Made by a program: the position numbers and the translations under genes. A DNA stretch of 64,000 nt, from the sequence record LC592711.1, one strand, 5' to 3'. Of this stretch, positions 63,586 through 64,000 are shown in pieces. Numbering within the stretch: position 1 is the first letter of the stretch; every line of letters begins with the position of its first letter. The notes below the pieces were generated by a model. It worked only from the letters and a program-made list of their open reading frames with translations, had not been told where the DNA came from and did not search any database.

Positions 63586-64000
63586 TTAACTGATTACCAC
63601 ATGTTCGTTGTAAACGATATTCGTCGGCAACAACACGTTGTCCTTACTCAGCACGCAGGTCTGAGCGAGGTTCGACAAAGCACCGTGGTTAGATTCATAG
63701 TGAGACACCATGTAGATCTGACCAAAGGCTTGTTCGTCCAACAACTTCTTAACGAAGTAGATAGCTGCTTGACGATGAGTATCGTCGAACGCTGCTTCGA
63801 ACTCGTCCAAGAAGAGGGGCAAGTGTCCAAGCCCAAGTTGCCTCAGCGCACACATCCGGAAAGCGAAATTGAAAATCGCTAGCATCGAAGCAGAGCCCTC
63901 CGCTACATCCTTGTTGGGCTTCCCAGTGCGTTCCTTCCAGAAAGGGAACTTGTAGTCCATCTCCGCCGTACCATCTTCCATTGTGAAAGGCAGGAGTTCG
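63586..64000 (-). CDS. sbcC: SbcC/Rad50-like ABC ATPase, C-terminal end (partial; runs off the window)
   Basis: Signature-like 'AEGSASMLAIFNFAF', Walker B and D-loop 'LFLDEFEAAFD', H-loop 'MVSH'; frame open to 64000. Confidence 0.85.
   Translation of the reverse strand, partial: ELLPFTMEDGTAEMDYKFPFWKERTGKPNKDVAEGSASMLAIFNFAFRMCALRQLGLGHLPLFLDEFEAAFDDTHRQAAIYFVKKLLDEQAFGQIYMVSHYESNHGALSNLAQTCVLSKDNVLLPTNIVYNEHVVIS

Noticed and set aside
1-64000. tRNA genes, CRISPR array, integrase/transposase, reverse transcriptase (DGR)
   Set aside because: No cloverleaf with a T-loop GTTCRA in intergenic space, no regularly spaced direct repeats, and no recognisable recombinase or RT motifs. The lectin-like genes show no template/variable repeat pair within the window.

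Overview
The whole window is a fragment of a phiKZ-like, nucleus-forming jumbo myovirus genome (Chimalliviridae-type; about 52-55% GC, dense coding). The call rests on a set of family hallmarks in phiKZ-like order. These are a split B-family DNA polymerase subunit, PhuZ tubulin, large terminase, tail sheath and tube, a phiKZ gp175-type head protease, and three virion RNA polymerase subunits (beta N-part, beta C-part, and beta' with NADFDGD). Also present are a 2039-aa virion tail-associated peptidoglycan hydrolase, UvsX, RNase H and a partial SbcC. A betaproteobacterial host (Burkholderia/Ralstonia-like) is only an inference from GC content and a host-style lipoprotein. Family names and phiKZ gene numbers come from motif recall and synteny, not from database searches. 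The most interesting observations are: (1) a GNAT acetyltransferase followed by two tiny basic paralogues, missing from the ORF track, with G[KR]GGL tails; (2) a membrane-anchored BCS1-like AAA+ ATPase next to a cluster of small membrane proteins; (3) three lectin-like proteins about 61 kb apart that share a 12-aa N-terminal tag; (4) an AT-rich gap of about 480 bp with overlapping, mutually exclusive palindromes; (5) a lambdoid tape-measure motif and a GH19 domain inside the giant tail hydrolase; (6) a six-copy early-promoter motif and a recurrent hairpin+TATG junction cassette; (7) a tandem array of six probable divergent paralogues between PhuZ and the DNA polymerase. I found no tRNA, CRISPR array, integrase, intron or intein.
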